The notes beneath the pieces are model-generated. The model did no database searches and was not told the origin of the DNA. It saw only the letters and a list, made by a program, of their open reading frames with translations. A DNA stretch of 63,735 nucleotides, the filler included, from Licmophora abbreviata (Eukaryota), in NCBI GenBank assembly GCA_900291995.1. It is 10 parts of 10 records of this genome, joined end to end, with 100 filler letters (N's around TTAATTAATTAA, not from the genome) between each part and the next. Parts side by side here need not be neighbours in the genome. Positions count along the whole stretch, not along the records: positions 1 to 5,627 come from OLMU01000330.1; positions 5,728 to 12,928 come from OLMU01000331.1; 8 more parts are not named here. The stretch is one strand, 5' to 3'. Within the stretch, counting starts at the first letter, position 1. Each line of letters opens with the position of its first letter. Below are positions 1 through 9,286 of this stretch, piece by piece. A program made the translations under genes and the position numbers.

Positions 1-2970
1 CATAAAGTCCACACTCCCTGCGAGACTAGGTTCAGAGCGTCGGCCGACATCTCTTTCAACGGGAGAAGACGATTTTGATTCGTTGAAATGAAACGGCGCT
101 GGCGTAGTTAGCGTCCGGGTCGAACGAGGCGATGCCTGCCACGGTTGGGATTTGTTAGGCGAGGCTCGAGCGGTGGGTGGTGGCTTGACGCCATACTTTG
201 CAGACGTCGAGAGCCGCGGAGCCTTCGGCACTGTAAGTCGCGGTCGTTCAGACGGCATCGATGTTTTCGTGGGCTCCTTATGGTCGGCGTGAGTAGGCGA
301 CCCAAGAGCACGAGTGATCGGATTCTCATCTCTAGACTGTTTTTGTCGCCCCGTGCTTGAATATGTTTTCTGTCCCCTCAAAGACGTCGTCTGGAGATTC
401 GGAGACTTTGGCACAGTTCTGGCAGACATAGAAGTAGTACCTCGCATGTACGTAGGGACGCCCCCTGACGTCGTTGCTTTGGCACGAGGACGAGCGACAT
501 CTTTCGGGTTAGGAAGCTGTGCCTGCTCGACTTTGATCTGTTCCTGTTTCGCTTTCATTTGCAACTGACGCTGCCGGACGCGTTTCCGAGCACGAGCTTG
601 AGCGTCGTCCGCCGATAGAGTCGGTTTCTGAACGACACTCTGTGCGACCGACTTTGAGGCAGAAGCTTCCATCGCTTTCTTCAGTTGCATCCGGTGTTTC
701 ACTCTTTCTCTCGCTTTCGCAGTACCGTCATCGGAAGAACTCGCGGCCCTCGAGTCACGAGAAGAGGACAGGCCTGTCCGCGCTCGGCTTGTGGCGGTCC
801 CCTGCATCAGTCGACTCGGAGCTCCAGACATTGACGTACACTGCCGATCGTTCGATGCCGCCGTCGACGTTGATCTCGTGCTTGCAGTCGTTCTCGTCGA
901 ATTTGACGCAACACGAGGGCGCACAATGGATGGCGTTCCAGCCTTCGAGCGGCTTGTCCTGCCCTTGTTCGGATGTGCAGACGTAGCGATCGCCGATGGC
1001 TTGGGAAGAGTGCGCCTCGGCTGTGAATTCGACTTGACAGGTAGCGCTGACCCCTTTTGATTGGGTAAGAAAGCTAGATCATCTACGAGCGTGTCTTCTG
1101 CAGGCACAGCAGTTTTCATTTCCTCCACAGTTGTCTGCTCAGTCTTCTCTTTCACGTCAGCGCGAGGAGCAGCTTCGTCTATACTCTGCTCGCAATGCGT
1201 CTGCTCGACCAAAACCCCATTCGCTTCTTGCTTCGATTCGATCGACGGTGCCAAAGGGCTCGCTGCGACTCTCGATGATCCGGATATGTCCCACATGGAA
1301 GACACAGGGGCCGAGGTCGATTTTCCAGCAGACGAGCGCTCGGACTTCTGTCCACCTGACGATTTCTCCTTCGGAGAGTGCGACGTGACCTGACGGGCCT
1401 TTGCACTGGAGTCTGTGTCGTCCACTGACTGGCGACTGATATCCTGGGGAACGTTACTCGGGTTCGGTATTTCGGTGGAAGCTCGATCTGACCTCGCAGG
1501 CGACGGAATAGGACTGCGATGTGTCTCGTTCTTGGATGGAGTTGCCGATGGGGCTGCCACGTCCATTGACGCGCTTGAAAGCGACGTGGTGACGCTCGAT
1601 GGAGACTCCACTGGCAAATCTTTCGCTTCCACGTTACCCATCGATCCTGATTCGTCGGACACAGATGGACTACTGGTAACGACAACGACAGCTTCCTCCG
1701 AAGCAGAGGTTTCCTTCTCTGGGCATTCAACCGATTTCAGTTGACCCGGCGCGGCAGGTGCCGCCTCACGCACCTCATTTAGCGTCGTTGCCAATGACAA
1801 GGTGGCGCCGTCCGTACGAGAGCTGTCGACAGCCGCTTGCATCGACTGTGGGGTCTTGAGAGGAGATGGGGAAAGCGCGGCTTCCGGTTTGACGCTCGAC
1901 AGAGGCAGCGACGAAGGTGATTTCGCTGGCGTGGCAACTCGAGTCTTGAGCACTCTGGGACTGGGCGCGGAAGCGACCGGGTCCTCCTCCGTCATGGATA
2001 CGTTGGACAGCGTCGGTGTGGACGAATTCGACGACGAGCCCTTTACCTTTGGTGACGGCATCCCCTTCGTCTTTCCCCAGAATTGAGACCCCGTGGAGGC
2101 ATGAGGAGAAAGTGGAGTTGTGGGCTTCACAGAATTGACAGCAACACGAGGCGAAACGTGAAGTTCCTTCTCTGGCTCGGGTTTCATTGCTTGACTCCAA
2201 AAGGATCCCTCTGAAGCCTTTGGTGGTGGCGGGGTCTCCGGAGCTTCTGGAGATACTGCTTCGCTAGCGGACAAATGTAGTTTCTCTTCCGGTTCCTGTT
2301 TCGTGGCTTGACTCCAGAATGGTGGCGATCCCTTCGAAGCCTTGGGCGACGGTGGGGTCTCTGGAACGTCTGACGAGACCGCGTCTGCTGAAACGAACAG
2401 CTCTTTCTCGGGCGTAGGCTTCATGGCCTGCGCCCAGAACGTTTTCATCGAGTCCGAAGCAGGCGGCGAGGGGGGAATGTCGGTGACGTCGGAGGTTAAA
2501 GATGCGGGTGCCTTCTCTTCCGAATCGACAAACAGCTTCTTGCCAGATTCGGTTTTCGCTGGTGTCGCAATTGGAATACCAGAATTCACCTCCGCTGCAC
2601 TGAACTTGTCGAGAACGTCTCTCTTGAGACGACGATCATCGTCATCTTCCGTCATACTATGCAATTCAGAATCTTCATCTATCGACACATCGTGATTGCT
2701 ATGTTTGGGAGGAGGAGACTGAAGCTGAGCTTTCAAACTGATTTGAGTATCCTTCAAAGTTGCTTTCGCCTGGGCGACAAAGGATGATAACGAAGGTGGA
2801 ATGTAGGGCGCTTCCGTCTCCACGTCGGGACTGGCAAAGATGGCCGCGGCAGCGCGATGTGTCGGCACGGAGACTTCCTCCTCCACTACAACGACATCGC
2901 TCTCCTCCGCTGCGGCAACGTCAAGCTCGGACGGTGGATCGTCGACTTGAGGACAAATCTTGTCATCCAT
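1..2970 (-). CDS. Large low-complexity protein (>=990 aa, runs off the window start) with TPX2-like microtubule-binding motifs and internal ~39-aa repeats
   Basis: ATG at 2970 (MDDKICPQ...). The frame is open in every segment I translated down to base 1; it is absent from the ORF track because no stop is reached. Motifs TVPKSPNLQT, LTVPKAPRLST and LTTPAPFHF lie near 80-420. Confidence 0.7.
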   Translation of the reverse strand, partial: MDDKICPQVDDPPSELDVAAAEESDVVVVEEEVSVPTHRAAAAIFASPDVETEAPYIPPSLSSFVAQAKATLKDTQISLKAQLQSPPPKHSNHDVSIDEDSELHSMTEDDDDRRLKRDVLDKFSAAEVNSGIPIATPAKTESGKKLFVDSEEKAPASLTSDVTDIPPSPPASDSMKTFWAQAMKPTPEKELFVSADAVSSDVPETPPSPKASKGSPPFWSQATKQEPEEKLHLSASEAVSPEAPETPPPPKASEGSFWSQAMKPEPEKELHVSPRVAVNSVKPTTPLSPHASTGSQFWGKTKGMPSPKVKGSSSNSSTPTLSNVSMTEEDPVASAPSPRVLKTRVATPAKSPSSLPLSSVKPEAALSPSPLKTPQSMQAAVDSSRTDGATLSLATTLNEVREAAPAAPGQLKSVECPEKETSASEEAVVVVTSSPSVSDESGSMGNVEAKDLPVESPSSVTTSLSSASMDVAAPSATPSKNETHRSPIPSPARSDRASTEIPNPSNVPQDISRQSVDDTDSSAKARQVTSHSPKEKSSGGQKSERSSAGKSTSAPVSSMWDISGSSRVAASPLAPSIESKQEANGVLVEQTHCEQSIDEAAPRADVKEKTEQTTVEEMKTAVPAEDTLVDDLAFLPNQKGSALPVKSNSQPRRTLPKPSAIATSAHPNKGRTSRSKAGTPSIVRPRVASNSTRTTASTRSTSTAASNDRQCTSMSGAPSRLMQGTATSRARTGLSSSRDSRAASSSDDGTAKARERVKHRMQLKKAMEASASKSVAQSVVQKPTLSADDAQARARKRVRQRQLQMKAKQEQIKVEQAQLPNPKDVARPRAKATTSGGVPTYMRGTTSMSARTVPKSPNLQTTSLRGQKTYSSTGRQKQSRDENPITRALGSPTHADHKEPTKTSMPSERPRLTVPKAPRLSTSAKYGVKPPPTARASPNKSQPWQASPRSTRTLTTPAPFHFNESKSSSPVERDVGRRSEPSLAGSVDFM
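2050..2500 (-). repeat. Four degenerate coding repeats of ~115-120 nt (P-P-S-P-x-AS...FW-x-QAMKP-x-PEKEL)
   Basis: Translated copies: IPPSPPASDSMKTFWAQAMKPTPEKEL; TPPSPKASKGSPPFWSQATKQEPEEKL; TPPPPKASEGSFWSQAMKPEPEKEL; TPLSPHASTGSQFWGKTKGMP. Confidence 0.8.
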
Positions 2971-3385
2971 GGTGTTTCCTGGGCTCCCACGTTTCTATGT
3001 TTCCCCCAATTCAGTCCCTACACCTTATTCTGTCCCCACGTTGTATCCAACCAGCTGCAATGCGGGCAAAGGATCGATTAAATACAGCAACGCGCTCGCA
3101 ATTTCGTCTCACAGGGTGTTGCAGCAAAAAATGGCGCGATAATGGTGATGTGAATTCGATGAGATACCAAAGTTCCAATGATGTGTGTTTTTCGAATTTT
3201 CGAACTCCGAATTCCATAACGGTGCTTTCCAATCAATGACTACTTTTTTGTCATGACATTTTAAAATCCGAGGCACCATTTTCAATTTGCCGCCGACGAG
3301 ACGCGACGACTCAGACGACAACAACATGAGGAGAACTGTCGACGTCGTGGGGGTCCTTTCGACTGCGAAGTACTTCTGCTGAACC

Positions 3386-4654
3386 ATGTCTTCCAGTGGA
3401 CGCTGCCCTGTGAGGATCCAAAAGTATCTTAAATCAATACTGGGAAGGGAACTCGAGTTGACGAGAATCACAGAAGCAAAGTCGGCACAGCAAGAAGTCT
3501 TGATAGTCGAATGCGGCTTCCCGAATACTAGTATTACCACCGCGAAGCCCCCACCAGAATGGTGTGAAGCGCTCCAATCAGGTCGAAATCGTCTTGTATT
3601 AAGAATATGGAAAGGATCGGCGCGGTGGTGGAATCTTAACTGCAACGAACCAGGAGATGGGGTGGTTTGTCTGGCACGGTCGGAAGTCGCGGGCTATAGA
3701 ATGGCTAGCCGCGCCTTGCACGATACATCGCTACAGATCCCGGCGGTGCTTCATTTTTCACATGGCTCTAAATATGATAATGATATGCCTTGGGCGGTAT
3801 TGAGCTATGTCGGACCCGAATGTGTCCGTTTCGATGAGACACGAACTCATTGCGCGGAATGGTCGGACGGAATGGTAAAGATACGGAGCGAGTTTGGCTT
3901 TGAGGAACCGCACCCTCGATGGGGGCGCGTACCAGAAGACCAGTGTTTGCGCTATGCTTCTTGTGTCTTACAGGAGTTTGTCATCCCAATGCATCACTAC
4001 TTTTTCCGACGAAAAGAGGTGTTGGACTGGTCAGATCTGGGGCGAACACGAAACGTTGGATGCTATCAGTATGGCGACATGGTGGATCTTTATCAATCTG
4101 CCCACAGCAGAATGCAGAATACTGACCAGCCCGGCGCCCCGAAAGATGGAAGAGTGGAAAAGTCCATTCACGTGTTAGAAACATGTATTGGGAGACTGCG
4201 GTCGGGCGCAGATACCATTCCAGCTCTACCATCGGTTCTCTGTCACATGGATTGCCAGCCTCAGAATCTCATCTTTTCTCGGACCGCTGAAACTTCACTT
4301 CCAAACATTGAGTCTGTTCTCGACTGGGAGGAAGCGGCGTATGCAGACCCGAGGTTTGAAGTACTGCTGCTGTGTCGAAAGGTCTGTGCGAATCGACCGC
4401 AAGCGCTCGTGCTCTGGGACTGCTACTCGGACGAAATGAAGAAAGCGCACGCCCTGGATATTGGCCCCATCGAACCTTGGCTAAAGCTTGAAACTGTGCA
4501 TAGCATCACAACTCTGCTACTGCAGACTCTGAATTTGCTAGATGGAGGTCGAAATCCATGGGAAAGCCAGCCCGACATATGGGGCAAGATTGCGCGAGAG
4601 TTTGGCAGACTAGCACGGGGCGGATGGGAATTCTGCGAACTAGATGAACTTTAG
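3386..4654 (+). CDS. Aminoglycoside/choline phosphotransferase (APH)-family kinase
   Basis: 422-aa ORF with Brenner-type motif CHMDCQPQNLI followed by VLDWEEAAYADPRFE. Confidence 0.8.
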   Translation: MSSSGRCPVRIQKYLKSILGRELELTRITEAKSAQQEVLIVECGFPNTSITTAKPPPEWCEALQSGRNRLVLRIWKGSARWWNLNCNEPGDGVVCLARSEVAGYRMASRALHDTSLQIPAVLHFSHGSKYDNDMPWAVLSYVGPECVRFDETRTHCAEWSDGMVKIRSEFGFEEPHPRWGRVPEDQCLRYASCVLQEFVIPMHHYFFRRKEVLDWSDLGRTRNVGCYQYGDMVDLYQSAHSRMQNTDQPGAPKDGRVEKSIHVLETCIGRLRSGADTIPALPSVLCHMDCQPQNLIFSRTAETSLPNIESVLDWEEAAYADPRFEVLLLCRKVCANRPQALVLWDCYSDEMKKAHALDIGPIEPWLKLETVHSITTLLLQTLNLLDGGRNPWESQPDIWGKIAREFGRLARGGWEFCELDEL

Positions 4655-4691
4655 TTTTATCGTTTTATAAACAAAGTTTGAGCCTTAGTTA

Positions 4692-6783
4692 CTACCGAGT
4701 TTGGGCTTTCTTGTCGAGCTTTGTTGGCCGTTGTTTTCTTCCTTTCTTCATCTTGATGAGAGCATCGAGGAGAATGCTTGCGACTTGACGACTAGACGCA
4801 CGCTTTTCTGGTTCAAACACATGACAGAGCTTCATTGCCTCGCGGATCGCTGTTGTTGCAGGATCATGACTGTGGACGTACGCTTCAGGCAGCTGCGGTG
4901 GTTTCCCAATCAAAACGTCCTTTCGAACCTCTTCCATTCGTTCCTTTTTCATCTTGCCTCTTGGTGAGTGTGTCGTCAGAATGTGAAACAGAATGTTGCC
5001 GAGTGCGTACACATCCAATTTTTCGTTCACGAATCGGTGCGTCGAATCATTCGTGTCAACTTCTTCCGGGGCTCTCCACCAAGGTTCGTGCAAACGACTC
5101 GGGAATCCGCATGTTGCATTCCTCGTGGCGTCCCATCGAAGAAACTCTGCAGTGTTGAAATCATTCAGCTTTGGTCGACCTCCCTTGACAATCGCTATAT
5201 TCCGAGGATTCATATCGTAATGTACCATCGACGGACGAGAATCGGGCAAGTCAATCTCGTGTACATGGGCCAGTCCAACTGCAACACTAGACGCCACTTG
5301 CAACTTGAGCAAGCTAGCCTCTGGACTGTTGTTTCCACGCATGTTACGATTGAACTTTTCGAGAGACGTGATGCCACCAAAGCCAAAGTCCGCTAGCTCA
5401 TTGATGGCACTCTGACCGCAGTAGCCATAAATATTCATTACAAACGCAGAGTGCGAAAGCCGTTCCATAGCCACTGCGTCGCGACGATGCAAATCGAAAA
5501 ACTCGTCGTAGAACTCCCGGTCCAACCGTAGAGTCTTCAGTACAATGGATTCGTCAGTGGTACCCTTGTCCCATCGCCATGTTTGTCGGAACCAGCCAGC
5601 ACCCAACAGTTGTACTTGATCTTCAAANNNNNNNNNNNNNNNNNNNNNNNNNNNNNNNNNNNNNNNNNNNNTTAATTAATTAANNNNNNNNNNNNNNNNN
5701 NNNNNNNNNNNNNNNNNNNNNNNNNNNCTCATGATCCTTCCCGACATGGACACCTGCTGAGTGCATGTCGATCTCGTGCACCGAATTGCAATTGGGGAAA
5801 CTGCGCGTCTGCCACTCGTGCATTGGTTCACAGTTTCCCAATGTTTCGTCTGGTTTCATTCGATCCTGTGGCGCCGCTTCGAATCCTGGTGGAGCATGGA
5901 GCATGGGGTCGTCCTCTAATATGCGAAGGGGGTTGTACTCGGCCGGTGCATCGTCACCGGTGGGAAAATGAATAATGCGGGGCAACATCCGTTCCGACGA
6001 AACGATGGTTGTGTCGACCGGTGCTAGAGTAGCTGTTGGTACCTGATCTGATATTGCATCCGATTGAGTTAGGTTTTCAGCATGATCAGCCTCCAAAACT
6101 ACCACGTGCGTCGCAAACCCTTCAGCTTGATTCAAATCTCCCCTCTCATTGGATCCTCCATCTTTCGGAAGCTCCTGTCTCACGTACTCTTTTGTAAAAT
6201 CTGTAGAGCTGCCCGCACTCGTAGCTGTAGGCGGATCAAAGGATCGGTCTGTGCGATCGTTCTTATTCTCGTTGTTGCTGACGACATGCTGTTGCAACAA
6301 GACAAAAAAGGTCGACCACAGTGTCGCCAAGACGGAAAAGCCAAGAAGAATCCCCACCGAGCGACGCTGTTTGCGCCGTCGCGGCAGTTGGAAGTTCCTC
6401 GAAGCCGTGTGGTATTCTAGTGTCCTCCGTGGCGAATCCTGCGCATCATTCTCGTCCGTGGGTTTGTTAGGAGATGGACGTCGTTGCTGGAGCTGTGAGA
6501 ATGGTGATGTTGCCGATACCGGAGATGCAGACGATGAAGTAGGACTGATCGTATTGACGTGTAGATCGCTGGGTCGCTGTCGGCGGATAATCAATGAGTC
6601 TGGACTTGTAGAAGTTTGGTCCTTAGATGATGCATCGAAAATCATGGGAGTCTCCGCGGTGGGACGCCCATGGGAGGACAACGAGGTGACGGCCAGAGGA
6701 GGCGTCGAGGAATCTGTCGAAGAGCTTTCCATATCATCTTTCGGCTTTCTGAATTGACTCATCATCTCCGCAGTTTGTCTCAT
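4692..6783 (-). CDS. Membrane-anchored atypical protein kinase (single TM, then C-terminal kinase domain); spans gap 5628-5727
   Basis: TM segment VGILLGFSVLATLWSTFFVLL. Kinase motifs LGAGWFR, VLKT, HYDMNPRNI, NDFN, WRAPEE and KLDVYALG. Start at ATG 6783 is the likely one; joining across the gap is inferred. Confidence 0.75.
5628..5727. other. Assembly gap spacer (44N-TTAATTAATTAA-44N); identical spacers at 12929-13028, 22804-22903, 27605-27704, 38299-38398, 48374-48473, 49807-49906, 55600-55699, 61372-61471
   Basis: Nine identical 100-nt blocks carrying stop codons in all six frames, i.e. an artificial linker. Confidence 0.98.
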
Positions 6784-7454
6784 CGTTGTCTCGGTGGACG
6801 ACGTCAATGATGCAGTCGCCTTGCTGTGAAAACAGAGCTCCCTGCGATCCTGCACGAAAGCGAAACACCTACTGCGATCGCCGGTGCGTCCTGAACGCCT
6901 TCCGATCCCGGGAATGCGACTCCCAACCGAAAATTCCGACTCCACAAGCGAGAACAACAGCTTTGCACCTCTCTTTGACAGATGATGTTACTGTACAGTA
7001 AAATATTTTAGACGACGATGCACATGGTGATGATTGCCATGGTCACGCAGTGCGTGTCGTGTCTTGTCGTGTTACCACATGAAACTCAGAGCGAGGTGCG
7101 CCGGTATTTTCCCTAACGGGAAAGCTCGTGCAAAGTGAAGTGTTAGTGATGACGTCATGTGCGAACCGTTGAAGTGTCATCAAAGAGCAACATTGGATCG
7201 GAACGAAACGAAAAGCGCCTGCACTGCACTTTCAAACTTCCTCCTCCGACGATGAAGCACCGACTACACACCTGCGAGGCCATCTTCAGGCCAGAAAGTA
7301 CATTGATTGCCCCGTAGGAACTTGATTATTCGTGTGGGTCGATCAGAATCGCTTGTAGAAAAGAACGAAAGATCCGAGACCTTCATCAGAACTGATTTTG
7401 TGTCTTTCCAAATTTCAATTCCAAGAAAACAAGTGTCATCATCATAGCTTGCGA

Positions 7455-9134
7455 ATGTGGCATCAACGAGTTCGATCCGTGCAACCATATCGGAATGTTC
7501 GATCACCATGCATTCTGTCGAACCGAATCAGTCGTCGTGACGCAGTACGGCGACTTCCCGTTTCAAAACAACAGCAACAGCCGATAGCACTACGTCGGCA
7601 CTTTTGCAAGGATGCGGCGTCCAAGGAACCCAAGCCCGAGTCGGTAGAACGCTGTTCCGAAACCCTCACCTGGATGGGCGAACAAATTGCAGGCGAGGGC
7701 AGTCTTGCTTCTGAGTGGGCTCGAAAATTGTCGCCAGCTGCTCGTAAAGAACTCGCACATGTCAAGTCCGAGGCCAAGCATACTCCATCACGTCCGCCAC
7801 AGATTCCAGAACCACCGCAGAGAGAGTTGCAGCTTGTAGCGGTGTCACAAGCGATACCCTTTGTGGGATTTGGATTCATGGATAACGCCATTCTCATTGT
7901 CGCCGGCGATGCCATTGACACATCTCTTGGTGTCGTACTTGGAATTAGTACCATGTGCGCGGCGGCCATTGGAAATATCGTCTCGGATGTGGCCGGAATC
8001 ATGCTCGGTACTATTATTGAAGACTTTTCGTCGCGATTGGGTCTGCCTGCACCGAACGTGTCGGCCGCACAACGGACTCTACGATCCGTACGATTTGCTA
8101 GTCAGTTTGGCTGCGGAGTGGGAATTGTGGTGGGATGCATCATAGGCATGTTTCCGCTGTTGCTTATCGACAGTAACAAAGTGCAAAAGATGAAGCAGGT
8201 GAGTCGTTATCAAGAAATGGGGCTGTGTCGGCAGAAAATGATTGCATGAGTCTAATCTCTCATACATCGTTTCCATACAATTATGCGTAGGAAGCGCACA
8301 TGGACCAAATCTTTAGAGATGTCGTGACGGAAGCCAAAGGGTTGGTGGGCGCACAGGCTACGCGGATGTTTCTGGTGGTGGACACACCAGAATCAAAAAT
8401 GCCGTCTTCGTTGGCGCTAGAGCATGGTGGCGATCAATATCTTTACGGAAGATACGTCACGGGATCAGCTGCCATGGCCGAGGAGTCGCGATTGAAACTA
8501 GGACGCGGTATTGTATCAAGAGCTGTTCTGACGGGCGAATCGGTAAACGTGTACGAGTAAGTGAGGACAGAACAGGTACTATTGCGCATATTTGAAGCAT
8601 GTCGCTAATGGATTTGTGCCCGATCCTTTGTCTTCGCTTCTCTTTCTACAGTGTTCAAACAGGCAAGTGCCAGTCTACTTTCCTCCATCAACGTGTGTAG
8701 CGCATGATTACTAATCGAGAACTCTCTGTCTAACTCTTCGTTTCATTTTAGAACCCGACTTTGCGAGAGATATCTGGCAGAAAATGGACGTATCGACTAT
8801 CAAGAACATGGTGTGCGTCCCTGTATTTGACTCTTCTGGTCGAGTTATTGCTGTCATTCAAGCAATCAACAAAGTTGGAAAAGGACTCGCCAGCCACGAT
8901 GATGCTGGAAGTCAGCCATCATTAGGCTTTACAGAAAGCGACGTACAGCTGCTAAAGGTGCTCGCTAGCCATTTGAGCGTTTCGCTACAAAGCATGTACG
9001 AAGAAGATGCCGAAATGTCTCTTCGCGATACAATGCAAGTGTTGAAGGAGCACGGACTTGCTGGTCTCCTGGGCGGCGAGACTGTCGCACAGGGGCAGGG
9101 TGCTGCACCCCGCAAGCTGTTTCCAGATACATAG
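7455..9134 (+). CDS. TMEM65-family membrane protein fused to a C-terminal GAF domain (exons 7455-8198, 8291-8556, 8652-8662, 8752-9134)
   Basis: TMEM65 signature AIPFVGFGFMDNAILIVAGDAID...STMCAAAIGNIVSD. GAF features GRGIV...VNVYDV...PDF...MVCVPV...VIAVIQAINK...FTESD. Arg-rich, presequence-like N-terminus. Splice phases join in frame; start codon uncertain. Confidence 0.8.
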
Positions 9135-9286
9135 AGAGTTGCAGGATAATGCTCTAATAAAAGTGTATATTCGCCCGTATATAGCTCCAACGTCTGACTT
9201 CATTCATTCGTACTACCTATGCAATTACCGTTTCGTCTGCATGTTGACGTGCTATCTACGCTATCGTCGCCACTCGATTGATCAAC

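Noticed and set aside
642..2695. Series of plus-strand Ser-rich ORFs
   Set aside because: Antisense shadows of the long acidic minus-strand CDS 1-2970.
5672..5683. Recurrent TTAATTAATTAA palindrome
   Set aside because: Always centred in 100-nt N blocks; an artificial six-frame stop linker, not a biological repeat.
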